From an uncultured Gemmatimonadales bacterium (GTDB taxonomy: Bacteria; Gemmatimonadota; Gemmatimonadetes; Gemmatimonadales; GWC2-71-9): 64,000 nt of DNA. The notes under the pieces are model-generated. The model did no database searches, was not told where the DNA came from, and saw nothing but the letters and a program-made list of their open reading frames with translations. Of this stretch, positions 39,817-49,391 are shown piece after piece. The translations under genes and the position numbers were made by a program. The stretch lies in assembly GCA_963796335.1 (NCBI GenBank), contig CAWCLG010000006.1:132540-196539 (forward strand). The letters are read 5' to 3'. Every line of letters starts with the position of its first letter. Within the stretch, counting starts at the first letter, position 1.

Positions 39817-40255
39817 GGCGGGGCAGCGGGGCGGATTTACCTTGATCGAAATCCTGGTCGTCATCACGGTGATCGCGATCCTGGCCTCCCTGGTGACGCC
39901 CATGATCTTCCGGAACGTGGGCGACGCCAAGGTCTCGGCTGCACGCGCCCAGGTGGAGATCTTCGGGCTGGCGCTCGACGCCTACCGGCTCGACAACGAC
40001 TACTACCCCTCGACCGCGCAGGGACTCGACGCGCTGCGGACGCTCCCGGGCGGCCTGCCCGCCGCGCGCAACTGGCGCGGTCCCTACCTCAGGAAGGCGG
40101 TTCCGCTCGATCCATTCGGGCGACCCTACCTCTATAGGAGTCCGGGCGAGCGCAACCCGGGGTCCTACGATCTGCTGAGCCTGGGGCGGGATGGGACGCC
40201 GGGCGGCAGCGGTGAAGACGCCGACATCACGTCCTGGGGTGAGGACCGCAAGTGA
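39803..40255 (+). CDS. gspG: major pseudopilin GspG
   Basis: Prepilin leader MWSNEAGQRG|GFTLIEILVVITVIAILASL with Glu+5, and GspG-type body (WRGPYL...DPFGRPYLYRSPG...DLLSLGRDG). Confidence 0.9.
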   Translation: MWSNEAGQRGGFTLIEILVVITVIAILASLVTPMIFRNVGDAKVSAARAQVEIFGLALDAYRLDNDYYPSTAQGLDALRTLPGGLPAARNWRGPYLRKAVPLDPFGRPYLYRSPGERNPGSYDLLSLGRDGTPGGSGEDADITSWGEDRK

Positions 40256-41446
40256 CCGGCCTCTATCGGTATCGCGCCGCCCGGGCGGACGGCGGCCTGG
40301 TGCGCGGCGAAGTGGAGGCCGCGACCAGTGCCCAGGCCGGCTCGCTGCTGGAGGAGCGGGGACTGTTTCCGCTCGCCGTCCAGCCGGTCTCGCGAGCGGA
40401 CCCCGCTCGGCGGAGCGCGCCCCGAGCCGAGCTCGCCGTGGTGTTCCGGAGCCTGGCCATGCTGACAGGGGCCGGCGTGCCTCTCGAGCGGGCGCTGAGC
40501 AGCAGCGAGTCGTTGGCCAAGGGTCCGCTGCGGTCCTGCCTCGCCGCCGGCCGCGTCGAGCTGCGAGCCGGGAAGAGTCTGGCTGACGCCCTCGACGGCG
40601 CGGGCGGAGTGATTCCGCGTGTCGCGCTCGGCGTGCTGCGGGCCGGTGAGCGCGCCGGACGGCTGGTGCCGGCACTGGAGCAGGTCGCCGTTCAGCTCGA
40701 GCGGGAAGCGGATCTGGCCGGCACCATCCGGCAGTCGATGGCCTATCCCGCGCTGCTGGCGACGACGGGAGTTGGCGTCGATGCTGGTCATCGGCGGTGT
40801 CGTGGTCCCCCGCTTCGCCGCGCTGCTCGCCGATCTGGGCCAGGATCTGCCTCCCGCCACCCGGCTGCTGCTCGCCGTCTCCGCCTTCGTCGGCCGCTAC
40901 TGGAGCGCGATCCTCGCCGCGGTCTGCCTGGTCCTATGGCTGGTGCTGACCTGGGCGCGGACGCCGGCGGGCCGGCTGAGTCTGCACGAATGGCTCCTCC
41001 GCTTGCCCGTGCTCGGTCCGATGCGCCACGGCCTCGCCACCGCGCGAGCCACCAGCGCGCTGGGCGGCGCGCTCGCGGCCGGGATGCCCATGCTGCCGGC
41101 GCTCGACGTCTCCGCCGGCGCCACCGGGGACGACGCGGTGACGCTGCGGCTGGCCGCGGCGCGGGAGCGGGTGACGAGAGGCGAGAGCCTGAGCCACGCC
41201 CTGAGTCGCGAGCGCGCCCTGACTCCCGCCGGACTCCAGTTGATCGAAGTCGGAGAGCAGAGCGCGCAGCTCGCCCTGATGGCGGGCCGTGCCTCGGACC
41301 TGTCGGGCCGGGACGCTGAGCGCCGGCTGCGGGCCCTCGCGAGCCTGTTGGAGCCGGCGCTGGTGGTCGCGCTCGGCGGGATGGTGGCCTTCACGGCCCT
41401 GGCGCTGCTCCAGGCGCTCTACGGCATCCGCCCAGGTGGCATGTGA
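40252..41446 (+). pseudogene. gspF: inner-membrane platform protein GspF; one frame break
   Basis: The first GspF repeat is in frame 1 up to ..MAYPALLATTGV. The continuation ASMLVIGGVVVPRFAALLADLGQDLPPAT... and the second repeat are in frame 2 (break ~40770-40782). GTG 40252 overlaps the gspG stop. Confidence 0.8.
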
Positions 41447-41715
41447 GCGGCACGACGCTGGTCGAGCTGATGGTGTCGCTGGCCATCCTGGGACTGCTGG
41501 CCGGATTGGCCGCGGCCTCGCTGGCGGGTGCGCCGGGGAGACCGCGGGGCGGGGAGGTCGCATTGGAAGCGGCGAGAGCCTCCGCCATCCGCTCGGCCCG
41601 GCGGGTCGCCTTCGTGGCGCCGGACGGCGGGAGGTTCCTGCTGCTGCCCGACGGCAGGGTCATCGGTCCCGGAATCGACCCGCTCACCGGCGAGGTGACG
41701 CATGTCCGGCAGTAG
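41443..41715 (+). CDS. minor pseudopilin (short, GspH position)
   Basis: GTG 41443 overlaps the gspF stop. Prepilin motif SG|TTLVELMVSLAILGLLAG with Glu+5. Confidence 0.65.
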   Translation: MSGTTLVELMVSLAILGLLAGLAAASLAGAPGRPRGGEVALEAARASAIRSARRVAFVAPDGGRFLLLPDGRVIGPGIDPLTGEVTHVRQ

Positions 41716-42052
41716 ACGCGGGGTCGCGCTGCTGGAGGCGATTCTGGCCGTCGCCATCCTCGCTGCCGCGGGCGCCGCCGCCGCGGAGCTCGCCGCGGCG
41801 GGACTTCGGGCCGAGGTCGAGTCCGGCGTCCGGGAGCGACAGCTGGCCGAGGCGAACAGGCTGCTCGCCGCGATGACCTTGCTGGGAAAGGCGGACTTGG
41901 ACCGGCGGCTGGGATGGCATCGGACCGGAAGGCTGGTCGTCGGGGTGCAGCGGCCGGCGAAGGGCCTGTATCGCATCGCGATCGCGTCCGCCGACATGCC
42001 AGAGCTGGAGACCCTGGTGACGGTGGTGCACAAGCCGGAGCCGATCCGATGA
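41702..42052 (+). CDS. minor pseudopilin (GspI position)
   Basis: RRG|VALLEAILAVAILAAAG prepilin-type N-terminus with Glu+5; 116 aa. Confidence 0.65.
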   Translation: MSGSRRGVALLEAILAVAILAAAGAAAAELAAAGLRAEVESGVRERQLAEANRLLAAMTLLGKADLDRRLGWHRTGRLVVGVQRPAKGLYRIAIASADMPELETLVTVVHKPEPIR

Positions 42053-42585
42053 GACCGCGGGTTCCCCGTGGCTTCACCCTGGTTGAAGTGTTGGTGGCGC
42101 TCGCCATCACCGCGCTGGTGACGCTGCTGGCCCATCAGCTCTTCGCCACGGTGGTCGACTCCGGCCACCGCGCCGTCGTGACCCGGCGGGCCCTCGATCG
42201 CGAGGCCAACGCGCGCCGTCTGCTCGGCGCGGCGTTTCTCTCCCTCGATGTCGGCAGCGACTCCACCGGCGGGTTCGTCGGGCGGCCGGACCGCGCGAGC
42301 TTCACCGCCTGGCTTCCGACGCCCGAGGGCTGGTCCGAGCTCCGGAAGGTCACCGTGGGATTCGAGGCCTCGGCGTGGGTGGCCCGGTGGGACGGCGAGC
42401 GAGTCCTGCTTGCGGACAGCGTCGAGGCGGTCGGGCTGGACTACCTGCTGGAGCCGGGCGTGCAGGCCGCCTGGGTGCAGGAGTGGATCTCGGCGGTCAG
42501 CGCCCCGCTGGCGGTTCGTGCCCGGGTGCGGCGGGCCGGCGGGCGGACCGACACGACGCTGTACCTGATCAAGGCCCGCGGATGA
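42049..42585 (+). CDS. minor pseudopilin (GspJ position)
   Basis: ATG 42049 overlaps the upstream stop (ATGA). PRG|FTLVEVLVALAITALV prepilin motif. Confidence 0.65.
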   Translation: MRPRVPRGFTLVEVLVALAITALVTLLAHQLFATVVDSGHRAVVTRRALDREANARRLLGAAFLSLDVGSDSTGGFVGRPDRASFTAWLPTPEGWSELRKVTVGFEASAWVARWDGERVLLADSVEAVGLDYLLEPGVQAAWVQEWISAVSAPLAVRARVRRAGGRTDTTLYLIKARG

Positions 42586-43430
42586 GACGGGGCGCCGCGC
42601 TGCTCACGGTCCTCTGGCTGGTGGTCGCATTGGCGGGAGCCGCCGGCGCGGCGCTCGCCGCCGTTCGCCTGGGAGCGAGCACCAGCCGGAACCGGGTGCT
42701 CCTCACCCGCGCCGACTGGGCGCGCGAAGCCTGCGCCGAGATCCTGCTGGGGCGGTACGCGGAGCAGAGGAAGGTGGGCGCCGTCTCCCGAACGGATCTC
42801 GGACGCGGTACCTGGTGCCGCCTCGAGATCGAAGACGCCGGCAACCGGCTCAATCTGGCGCATGCCACTCCGGAGATGATCAGGCTGCTGCTCCGCGACG
42901 ACAGCCTGTCCGATGCGCTGCTCGACTGGACCGATCTGGACGACGAGCCGCGGCCGTCGGGCGCCGAGGCGGAGTGGTATCGGAGCCGCTCGCGCCGGCC
43001 GCCCGGCAATCGGCCGCTGGCGGCGACGGCGGAGCTGGGCTACGTGCGCGGGTTCGACAGCTCGCGGGTGCGCGCGCTCGAGCGGCTGGTGACCACGCGC
43101 GGAGGGCCGACAGTCGACATCAACGTGGCGCCGCCCGAGGTGCTGGCGGTGCTGCCGGGCATGTCGCGGGAAGCCCTCGCCGACATCCTGGTCCAGCGAA
43201 GGCGCCGGATCGCATCGGCCGACGAGCTGCTCGCGCGGCTGGGACGCTCCGGCCGCGAGGGGCTCGTCGCCCGATATCAGGAGTTCACCGCGGTCGCGGG
43301 CTTCGGCGCCACTCGCTACGTGGTCCTGGCTGAGGGGGGCGTCGAGGGGACGCCGGTCACCAGCCGCGGCTGGCTCACGTTGGTTCCCGCCGACGGCCGG
43401 CTCGCGGTAGTCAGGCGCGAAGTCGAATGA
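42582..43430 (+). CDS. gspK: minor pseudopilin GspK
   Basis: ATGA overlap with the upstream stop. N-terminus MRRGAALLTVLWLVVAL lacks Glu+5, as is typical for GspK. NLNxA and helix-hairpin-helix-like region (INVAPPEVLAVLPGMS). Confidence 0.75.
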   Translation: MRRGAALLTVLWLVVALAGAAGAALAAVRLGASTSRNRVLLTRADWAREACAEILLGRYAEQRKVGAVSRTDLGRGTWCRLEIEDAGNRLNLAHATPEMIRLLLRDDSLSDALLDWTDLDDEPRPSGAEAEWYRSRSRRPPGNRPLAATAELGYVRGFDSSRVRALERLVTTRGGPTVDINVAPPEVLAVLPGMSREALADILVQRRRRIASADELLARLGRSGREGLVARYQEFTAVAGFGATRYVVLAEGGVEGTPVTSRGWLTLVPADGRLAVVRREVE

Positions 43431-44420
43431 GTCCGACGCTGCGGTTGACCGTGGGCGGCGGGCTCGCCCGGGCGGAGCTGCTGGGGCGGAAGGGCTGCCT
43501 CTGGGAAGCGGCGACGCCGTGCGAGACCCCGGCGGAGCTGCGCGAGGCCATCGGACACCTGGCCGGGGAGCCCGGCCTGCCGCGGCGGGGCGGACGCATG
43601 CGGGTGGTCGTGACGATGGGATCGCCCGTGGTTCAGGTGCGCTCGCTGCGAGGCCTTCCGCCGGTGCGGTCCTGCCGAGCTTCGAGCCCTGGTCGCGGCG
43701 CAGGCGGGCCGCTACTTCAGGCGCAACGGCAAACCGCTGGTGACCGATGCCGCCTGGCTCGGCAAAGGCGCCCGGCGCGAAGGTCACGCCACGGCCGTCG
43801 CGGTCGAGGAGCCGTGGATCGACGCCGTCCTCGACGGCGCGGCGGAAGCCGGACTCGAAGTCGGCGCCATCCATCCCGCGCTCGAGTCTGCGGGAAGCTC
43901 ACTGTCGCTGATCAGCGAGTCGGAGCGGGTGCGCCGGGATCGGCGGGGACGGCTGCTCGACCGGCGGCTGGCCGTGGCGGCTGCCGCCGTGTGGATCCTC
44001 TGCATCGGTGGCCTCTCGGCGCGGTTCGAACAACGGAGGAACACGGTCGAGGCGGAGATCGAGAAGCTGGCGGCCCCCTCGCAGGCCGTGGCCCGGGCTC
44101 GGCGGTCGCTGCACGATGCGTCCGCGACCGTCGCCGCGTTGGAGGAGGCGAGCCTCCAGCGCGGCGCGCTGCTGGATCGGATCGGGCGCATCGCGGCCGC
44201 GCTGCCCGACTCGGCCTACCTCGCGTCACTCACGGTGGACCTGGGGGGCAGCGGGTCGATGACGGGTGAGGCCCGCCATTCGTCCCAGGCGCTCGCTCGG
44301 CTGGAAGCGGAGGGCGCTGTCCTCGCACCCCGTCCCCTGGGTCCGGTCACCAGCGAGTCGGACGGCGGCCGGGTGTGGGAGCACTTCTCTATCGGCTTCG
44401 GCGCGGAGCCGGCGCGGTGA
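43427..44420 (+). pseudogene. GspL-like assembly protein (cytoplasmic PilM/GspL-like half, TM helix, PilN-like half); one frame break
   Basis: Frame 3 reads ..VVQVRSLRGLPPV. The continuation PAELRALVAAQAGRYFRRNGKPLVTDAAW... is in the next frame (break ~43660-43676). There is a single TM helix (LAVAAAAVWILCIGGL). Confidence 0.65.
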
Positions 44421-44983
44421 CGTCGCGCGACCGGCGTGCCGTCGTCTGGGGACTCGCGGTCGTGGCGCTCGCGGTGGTCTCGCTCCGGGTCGTGCCCTGG
44501 CTCGCCGGCCAGATCGAACGGAATCGTGAAGAGGCGATCTCCGACGTCGGCCGGCTGGCGAGAATGCGGGAGGAGATTGCCGGCGCGAAGGCGCTGGAGG
44601 ATTCCGCGGTCGCGGTGCGCGCCCGGATGGAGCTGCTCGCCGGAAGACTGCTCGTCGGGGACCGCGAGGCGGAGGCTCAGGCCGACCTGCGGTCGCGGGT
44701 CGAGGCCGCGATCTCCCGGAATCGGGTCCGGCTCCTGCGCATGGAGAGTCTGCCCGACTCGGCGGCCGCCGGATCGCTTCGAAGGGCCTCGGTCGGCGTC
44801 TCGATTCAGAGTGACAACAGCGGACTGCTGCGCTTCCTGGCGGCGCTGGCCGGCGATTCGGCGGCGGTCGTCGCCCGGCAGGCCAGCGTCATCGCGGCGA
44901 GCCCGCGGGCCGCGGCCGGACCGGAAGTCCTCGACGCCGAGGTGGTGGTGGGCGGCTGGTTCGCCGGGGGGAACGCGCCGTGA
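44417..44983 (+). CDS. GspM/PilO-like bitopic assembly protein
   Basis: GTG 44417 overlaps the upstream stop (GTGA). One N-terminal TM helix followed by a coiled-coil and ferredoxin-like periplasmic part. Confidence 0.55.
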   Translation: MTSRDRRAVVWGLAVVALAVVSLRVVPWLAGQIERNREEAISDVGRLARMREEIAGAKALEDSAVAVRARMELLAGRLLVGDREAEAQADLRSRVEAAISRNRVRLLRMESLPDSAAAGSLRRASVGVSIQSDNSGLLRFLAALAGDSAAVVARQASVIAASPRAAAGPEVLDAEVVVGGWFAGGNAP

Positions 44984-45441
44984 GGGCCGTCCTGCTGGTC
45001 GCGATCGCGGCGCCGCTGGCTGTGTCGGCCGTACTCCTGGCGGCACCCGTGATTCCCGATCCGGTGCTGCCGCCGCGTCGCGCCCTGCCTGCTCCTTCGA
45101 GACTTCCGGCCGAACCGACCGCCACGTCGCTGGAGCGCGGGCTCGCCCGGCCGCTGTTCCGTCGGACCCGCAAGCCGGCTCGACTCGCGTTCGATCCCGA
45201 CCGGGCGGCTGGGGAGGTCGCGATGGAGCCTTCGGCCCCGCGGCCCCAGCTCTCGCTGTCGGGAATCGTCTGGAGTCCCCGGCCGATCGCCGTGCTGGAG
45301 GGGCTGCCCAATATCACGGGCTCGACCGTGATGCGGACCGGGGATCGCACCGCGGGCGTGTGGGTGAAGCGGATCGGACGGGAGAGCGTCACGCTGGAAG
45401 GGTTCGACACCACCTGGGTGCTGAAGCTGAGGAATCCATGA
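44980..45441 (+). CDS. T2SS-associated bitopic protein (GspC/GspN/PilP position)
   Basis: GTGA overlap with the upstream stop. N-terminal TM helix, Pro-rich linker, and a small C-terminal beta domain (GVWVKRIGRESVTLEGFDTTWVLKL). Confidence 0.5.
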   Translation: MRAVLLVAIAAPLAVSAVLLAAPVIPDPVLPPRRALPAPSRLPAEPTATSLERGLARPLFRRTRKPARLAFDPDRAAGEVAMEPSAPRPQLSLSGIVWSPRPIAVLEGLPNITGSTVMRTGDRTAGVWVKRIGRESVTLEGFDTTWVLKLRNP

Positions 45442-46889
45442 ACCAGTACGGGAAGCTCGCGCTCGCGACCTGGCTGCTGGCCGGTCTGGCCCAGACCCCG
45501 GCGCGGGCCCAGGCGCCGGTGACGACCAATGGGGACAGCGTCCGGGTCCGATTCCTCGATACCGACCTCCGGGCGGTGATCCAGGCCGTCGGGAGTCACC
45601 TGCCCAAGCCGGTGATCGCGGGCGGGGTGCCCGAGGTCAAGGTCTCGCTGGAGACGCCGGAGCCGGTCAACCGCGAGACGCTCGCGACCCTGCTGGCGGG
45701 GCTGGTGAGGACCCACGGCCTCGAGTTCACCGAGGACTCCAGCTTCTTCCGCATCGGTCCCCCGAGTCCCGCCGCTGCTCCGGCGGCCGCGCAGCCGGCG
45801 GGCGGCGCCCAGGCGGCGAACGTGCGGCTCTTCGTGATCCGGCTCCGCCACGCACGCGCGTCGGACGTGGCCGCGACGGTGAACCTGCTGTTCGGCCGGG
45901 GAGGGGAGTTCACCGGGGCGACGGGGCTCTCGGGCGGTACGCTGGGGGACGAGCTGGCCCGGCCGGACATGCTGCCAGGCGGAGCGGTGCCGCAGCCGCC
46001 CGACTCGGGGAAGCCGCCCGGCGCCAACCTCACCGGCCCGGTCGCGATCGTGCCCGACCAGCTCACCAACTCGCTCCTGGTCCGCGCGGCCGAGGCCGAC
46101 TTCGCGGTGCTGCGCGAGGCGGTGACCCAGCTCGACATCCGTCCGCTCCAGGTGCTGATCGAGGTGCTGATCGTCGAGGCGAGGCACGACCGCCGGTTCT
46201 CCCTCGGCGCCGACCTGCTGGTGCCGCCGCAGGACATCGGCGACGGCACGATCGGGGGAACGATCACCGGCGGCGGGCTGGGCGACCTGGTGATCCGGCT
46301 GATGAACCTGGGCAAGGGCGACATTGACGCGGTGCTGCGGACGGCGCAATCGAAGGGCGACGTGGAGATCGTCTCGCGGCCGGTGCTGCTGGCGTCGAAC
46401 AACACCGAGGCCCGGTTCCTAGTGGGCTCGCAGCGGCCGTTCATCTCGGTGAGCCGCTCCCTCCCGACCGACAGTCCCTCGCGGGACCAGGTGGTGCAGT
46501 ATCTCGACGTGGGGACCAAGCTCAGGGTGCTGCCGACGATCAACCAGGACGGCTACGTCTCGCTGGTGGTGCAGCAGGAGATCAATGCCGCGACGGGAGA
46601 GACCCAGTTCGACGCGCCGGTGATCTCCACCCGGGAGGCATCGACCCAGGTGCTGGTGCGCGACGGACAGACGATCGTGATCGGCGGCTTGCGCGACCTG
46701 CAGCGGGACCGGAGCCAGTCGGGGGTGCCGGTGCTGTCGGGCATTCCGATCGTCGGCGGGCTGTTCGGGACCACCCGGCGGAGCAGCACGGCGACTGAGC
46801 TCTATCTGTTTCTGACGCCGCGGATCCTTCGCACCGACGAGGACGCCGCGAATGTGACCTCACCCCGGCTTCCGGATATCAAGCAATGA
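45438..46889 (+). CDS. gspD: secretin GspD
   Basis: ATGA overlap with the upstream stop. Signal peptide, N0/N1-like domains, and a secretin core (VLIEVLIVEA...VPVLSGIPIVGGLFG...ELYLFLTPRIL). Confidence 0.88.
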   Translation: MNQYGKLALATWLLAGLAQTPARAQAPVTTNGDSVRVRFLDTDLRAVIQAVGSHLPKPVIAGGVPEVKVSLETPEPVNRETLATLLAGLVRTHGLEFTEDSSFFRIGPPSPAAAPAAAQPAGGAQAANVRLFVIRLRHARASDVAATVNLLFGRGGEFTGATGLSGGTLGDELARPDMLPGGAVPQPPDSGKPPGANLTGPVAIVPDQLTNSLLVRAAEADFAVLREAVTQLDIRPLQVLIEVLIVEARHDRRFSLGADLLVPPQDIGDGTIGGTITGGGLGDLVIRLMNLGKGDIDAVLRTAQSKGDVEIVSRPVLLASNNTEARFLVGSQRPFISVSRSLPTDSPSRDQVVQYLDVGTKLRVLPTINQDGYVSLVVQQEINAATGETQFDAPVISTREASTQVLVRDGQTIVIGGLRDLQRDRSQSGVPVLSGIPIVGGLFGTTRRSSTATELYLFLTPRILRTDEDAANVTSPRLPDIKQ

Positions 46890-47845
46890 GCGCCGTCACC
46901 GAGGTACGCGCCACGGAAGTGATCGCGATTCCCCTGCTCATCGGATGCTCTCCCTCGATGCAGCTGGCCCGCAGCCGGGTGGAGCGGTTCGCCCGCAGCC
47001 GCCTTCCGATCCTGCTGGTGGGGCCGACCGGCACCGGGAAGGATCTGGTCGCCCGGCACCTGCACTGGGCCAGCGGCAGGGCGGGTGCGATGGTGGACGT
47101 GAACTGCGGCGCCCTCCCGCGCGACATGGTCGAGAGCCTGCTGTTTGGCCACCGGCGGGGAGCTTTCACCGGGGCCATCGAGAGCACCTTGGGGATGATC
47201 GCTCGGGCGGACCGGGGCACGCTTTTCCTGGACGAGTTGTCGAGCCTCCCGGTCGAAGGCCAGGCCAAGCTGCTGCGCGTGTTGGAGACGGGTGAGGTCT
47301 TGCCGCTGGGCGCGTCGACCAAGCAGGTGATCGACTTCCGGCTGGTCGCCGCCGCGCACGAGGACATCGCGGATCGCGTGGGCTCGGGGCTGTTCCGCCG
47401 GGATCTCTTTCACCGGGTGGCAGCGCTGCGGATCGACCTGCCGCCACTGGCCTCACGGCGAGAGGACATTGCCCTGCTCGCCCAGCACTTCGCATCGGCC
47501 CACGGGCGGATGATCGGGGAGGAGGGCATGGTGGTGCTGCGACAGGCGCACTGGCCCGGAAACGTACGCGAGCTGCGGGCGGTGGTGGATCGGGCGGTGC
47601 TGCTCTCCGACGCGCCCGTCCTCGACGCGCAGGTCCTGCTCGACGGCAGGGACCTCGGCCTCGCCGACGCGCTGCAGCGGGAGCCCGCGCGCGAGCTGCT
47701 GGAGCTGTGCCGGGTGCACGGGGGCCGCGCCGACACCATCGCCCAGGCACTGGGCGTCAGCCGGGCGACGCTATTCCGCCGACTCCGTGCGCTGGGGATC
47801 TCGCTGATGAGTCTCAGGGTCTCACGGAGTCTTGAGACTCGGTAA
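46886..47845 (+). CDS. receiver-less sigma54 enhancer-binding protein (AAA+ plus HTH), bEBP-2
   Basis: ATG 46886 overlaps the gspD stop (ATGA). Walker A GPTGTGKD, GAFTGA, LFLDEL, NVRELR, and the HTH IAQALGVSRATLFRRL; 319 aa with no sensory domain. Confidence 0.82.
   Translation: MSAVTEVRATEVIAIPLLIGCSPSMQLARSRVERFARSRLPILLVGPTGTGKDLVARHLHWASGRAGAMVDVNCGALPRDMVESLLFGHRRGAFTGAIESTLGMIARADRGTLFLDELSSLPVEGQAKLLRVLETGEVLPLGASTKQVIDFRLVAAAHEDIADRVGSGLFRRDLFHRVAALRIDLPPLASRREDIALLAQHFASAHGRMIGEEGMVVLRQAHWPGNVRELRAVVDRAVLLSDAPVLDAQVLLDGRDLGLADALQREPARELLELCRVHGGRADTIAQALGVSRATLFRRLRALGISLMSLRVSRSLETR
47809..47840. repeat. R1: 32 bp triple-GTCTCA element (copy 1), inside the 3' end of bEBP-2
   Basis: gagtctcagggtctcacggagtcttgagactc. 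27 of 32 positions are identical to R2, with identical 8 and 10 nt spacing of the three GTCT motifs. Confidence 0.85.
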
Positions 47846-47997
47846 GACCGTGGAGTTGCCGCGTTCAAGGATGGAGCCGTGGCAAACATCCGGGTGGAAA
47901 CCCATGCGCCTCGTGGCCTGCACGGTAACGTGCAGATCAAGAGGAAGGGTGGGGAGATCGTTAACAAGCATATCGATCCCTGAGCGTGGAGCCAGTT

Positions 47998-48363
47998 ATG
48001 CCTGAGTATACGATCAGCTTCGAGGTGAAAGAGGCTAACACCATCGAGCTGCCCAACCAACGGTACGCCGCGGGGCGATACCGCGTTGAGGCAGATGAGA
48101 AGGGTGGCGTGGATGTCTTCGGCAACCGAGAAGGCCTGCTTTATCTTGCCGAGGTCTTGGTGCGATGCGCACTAGGTGATCACAAGGCCGGATTCCACGT
48201 CCACATTCCCAGGAAGGGAGTGGTAAGCCTGGTGTATCTGGAGAACCCGAACTCACCGTCTACTCAGCCTCAACTGGTGTGGATGGCTAGCCTATCACAG
48301 AAGGCTTCGCTTGGGCGACCCAGGGGCGCTGCCTTCGGAACCGTGAGAGGGCGGCACTGGTGA
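47998..48363 (+). CDS. small cytoplasmic protein resembling polymorphic-toxin immunity proteins (Imm32-like by recollection, unverified)
   Basis: GGAG lies 6 nt before ATG 47998. The motif FGNREGLLYLAEVLVRCALGDHKAGFHVH fits this call. Sits in a low-GC context. Confidence 0.45.
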   Translation: MPEYTISFEVKEANTIELPNQRYAAGRYRVEADEKGGVDVFGNREGLLYLAEVLVRCALGDHKAGFHVHIPRKGVVSLVYLENPNSPSTQPQLVWMASLSQKASLGRPRGAAFGTVRGRHW

Positions 48364-48890
48364 GGAACGATCTGCGACAGCCAGAGCTTTCCTTGCGCCA
48401 AGGAGCTCTGCACCGCGTGAAGTACAAAAGTAGACTCTTCCGATTGCCAACAAGGGAGCCCGGCTAGCCGTGGCTGGGCTTTCTCACGCCCCGTTTGGTG
48501 TCCCCTGTGTGCGGAACAATCAGGGGCTGGAGTTGAGCCGACAGAAGGATGTGAGCGACCGATACGGAGAGACGCTGATCGCCCTTCTTGATCGCGAGTC
48601 GGTCTCCCTCTACGAGGGAACAAGCTTCACAGGAGAGGAGTCCCTGATCCACGCGAACGCGCTCTTCGCTTGGCTGACCAGCCCTCGATCTGGGAGCCTG
48701 CCGGACCTGCTGAACGTCACATCAGGGCAGCAGCAACCGGTTCAGGTGACCAAGAGTACAAGCGCAGCAAGGCCCCTTAAGTGAGGTGCTCGGTGGAGGG
48801 ACCGGCGAGACCAAGTCCCCCGTTCGACGTCGCGCGTGGAGGAGAGTGGTATTGACTTCTGGCTCCTGGTTCGACCCCTGAGGCGAAGGC

Positions 48891-49391
48891 ATGGGCAATG
48901 AGCCTGGACGGCCCATGGCAGACCGCTCGCCGCAGTCATTCGGCGGGCTCATTCGGGCCATTGGGATACTCGAAATCGTTGGCGGGGTTGCGGGGTGCGC
49001 CGCGGTCGCTTGGTTCTACGTGGGTGGCCATCAAGAGGCCATGCCAGGCGGCGATGTACAACTTGCGCTTCTGCCCTTTGGAACACTTACAACCGTCGGC
49101 TTCGCACTCCTGCGCGCACGCCAAGCGGGGCTTTGGGGTTCCCTTGTGCTGCAGCTCTCTCAAGCCCTGGCCTGGACGGCGGGAGAGACGATGTGGAGGT
49201 TCTCGGCTGGACCATTTCTATCTCTTACGCTTCTCAATGACACAACCTCGATCTTCGCTGGGTGGGACACGAGCTTCGGTTTTGGGCGCGTTCCCGAAAA
49301 CGCTCCTGGATCTGTTTCGTTGAATCTGATCCCGGTCTTTATTGCGTTAGCGCTGTGGCGACACCTGAGACGAGGCTTGCCGTCCTCGTAG
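48891..49391 (+). CDS. hypothetical four-TM membrane protein (possible orphan immunity protein)
   Basis: 166 aa ORF with four hydrophobic helices (LIRAIGILEIVGGVAGCAAVAWFYV, LALLPFGTLTTVGFALL, LWGSLVLQLSQALAW, LNLIPVFIALALW). Start uncertain (48891 or 48915). Confidence 0.4.
   Translation: MGNEPGRPMADRSPQSFGGLIRAIGILEIVGGVAGCAAVAWFYVGGHQEAMPGGDVQLALLPFGTLTTVGFALLRARQAGLWGSLVLQLSQALAWTAGETMWRFSAGPFLSLTLLNDTTSIFAGWDTSFGFGRVPENAPGSVSLNLIPVFIALALWRHLRRGLPSS

Noticed and set aside
47846-47997. A sigma54 promoter downstream of the R1 element that would drive the Imm32-like gene.
   Set aside because: I scanned every GG-N10-GC position by eye. The only hit (GGaaacccatgcGC) lacks both the GGCAC and TTGC contexts.
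48470-48784. 104-aa ORF, plus ORFs 48270..48623(-), 48722..48961(-), 49561..49782(+) and 50009..50296(-) in the low-GC block.
   Set aside because: They overlap one another, have no recognisable motifs, and lack convincing start or SD context. I cannot tell which of them, if any, is coding.
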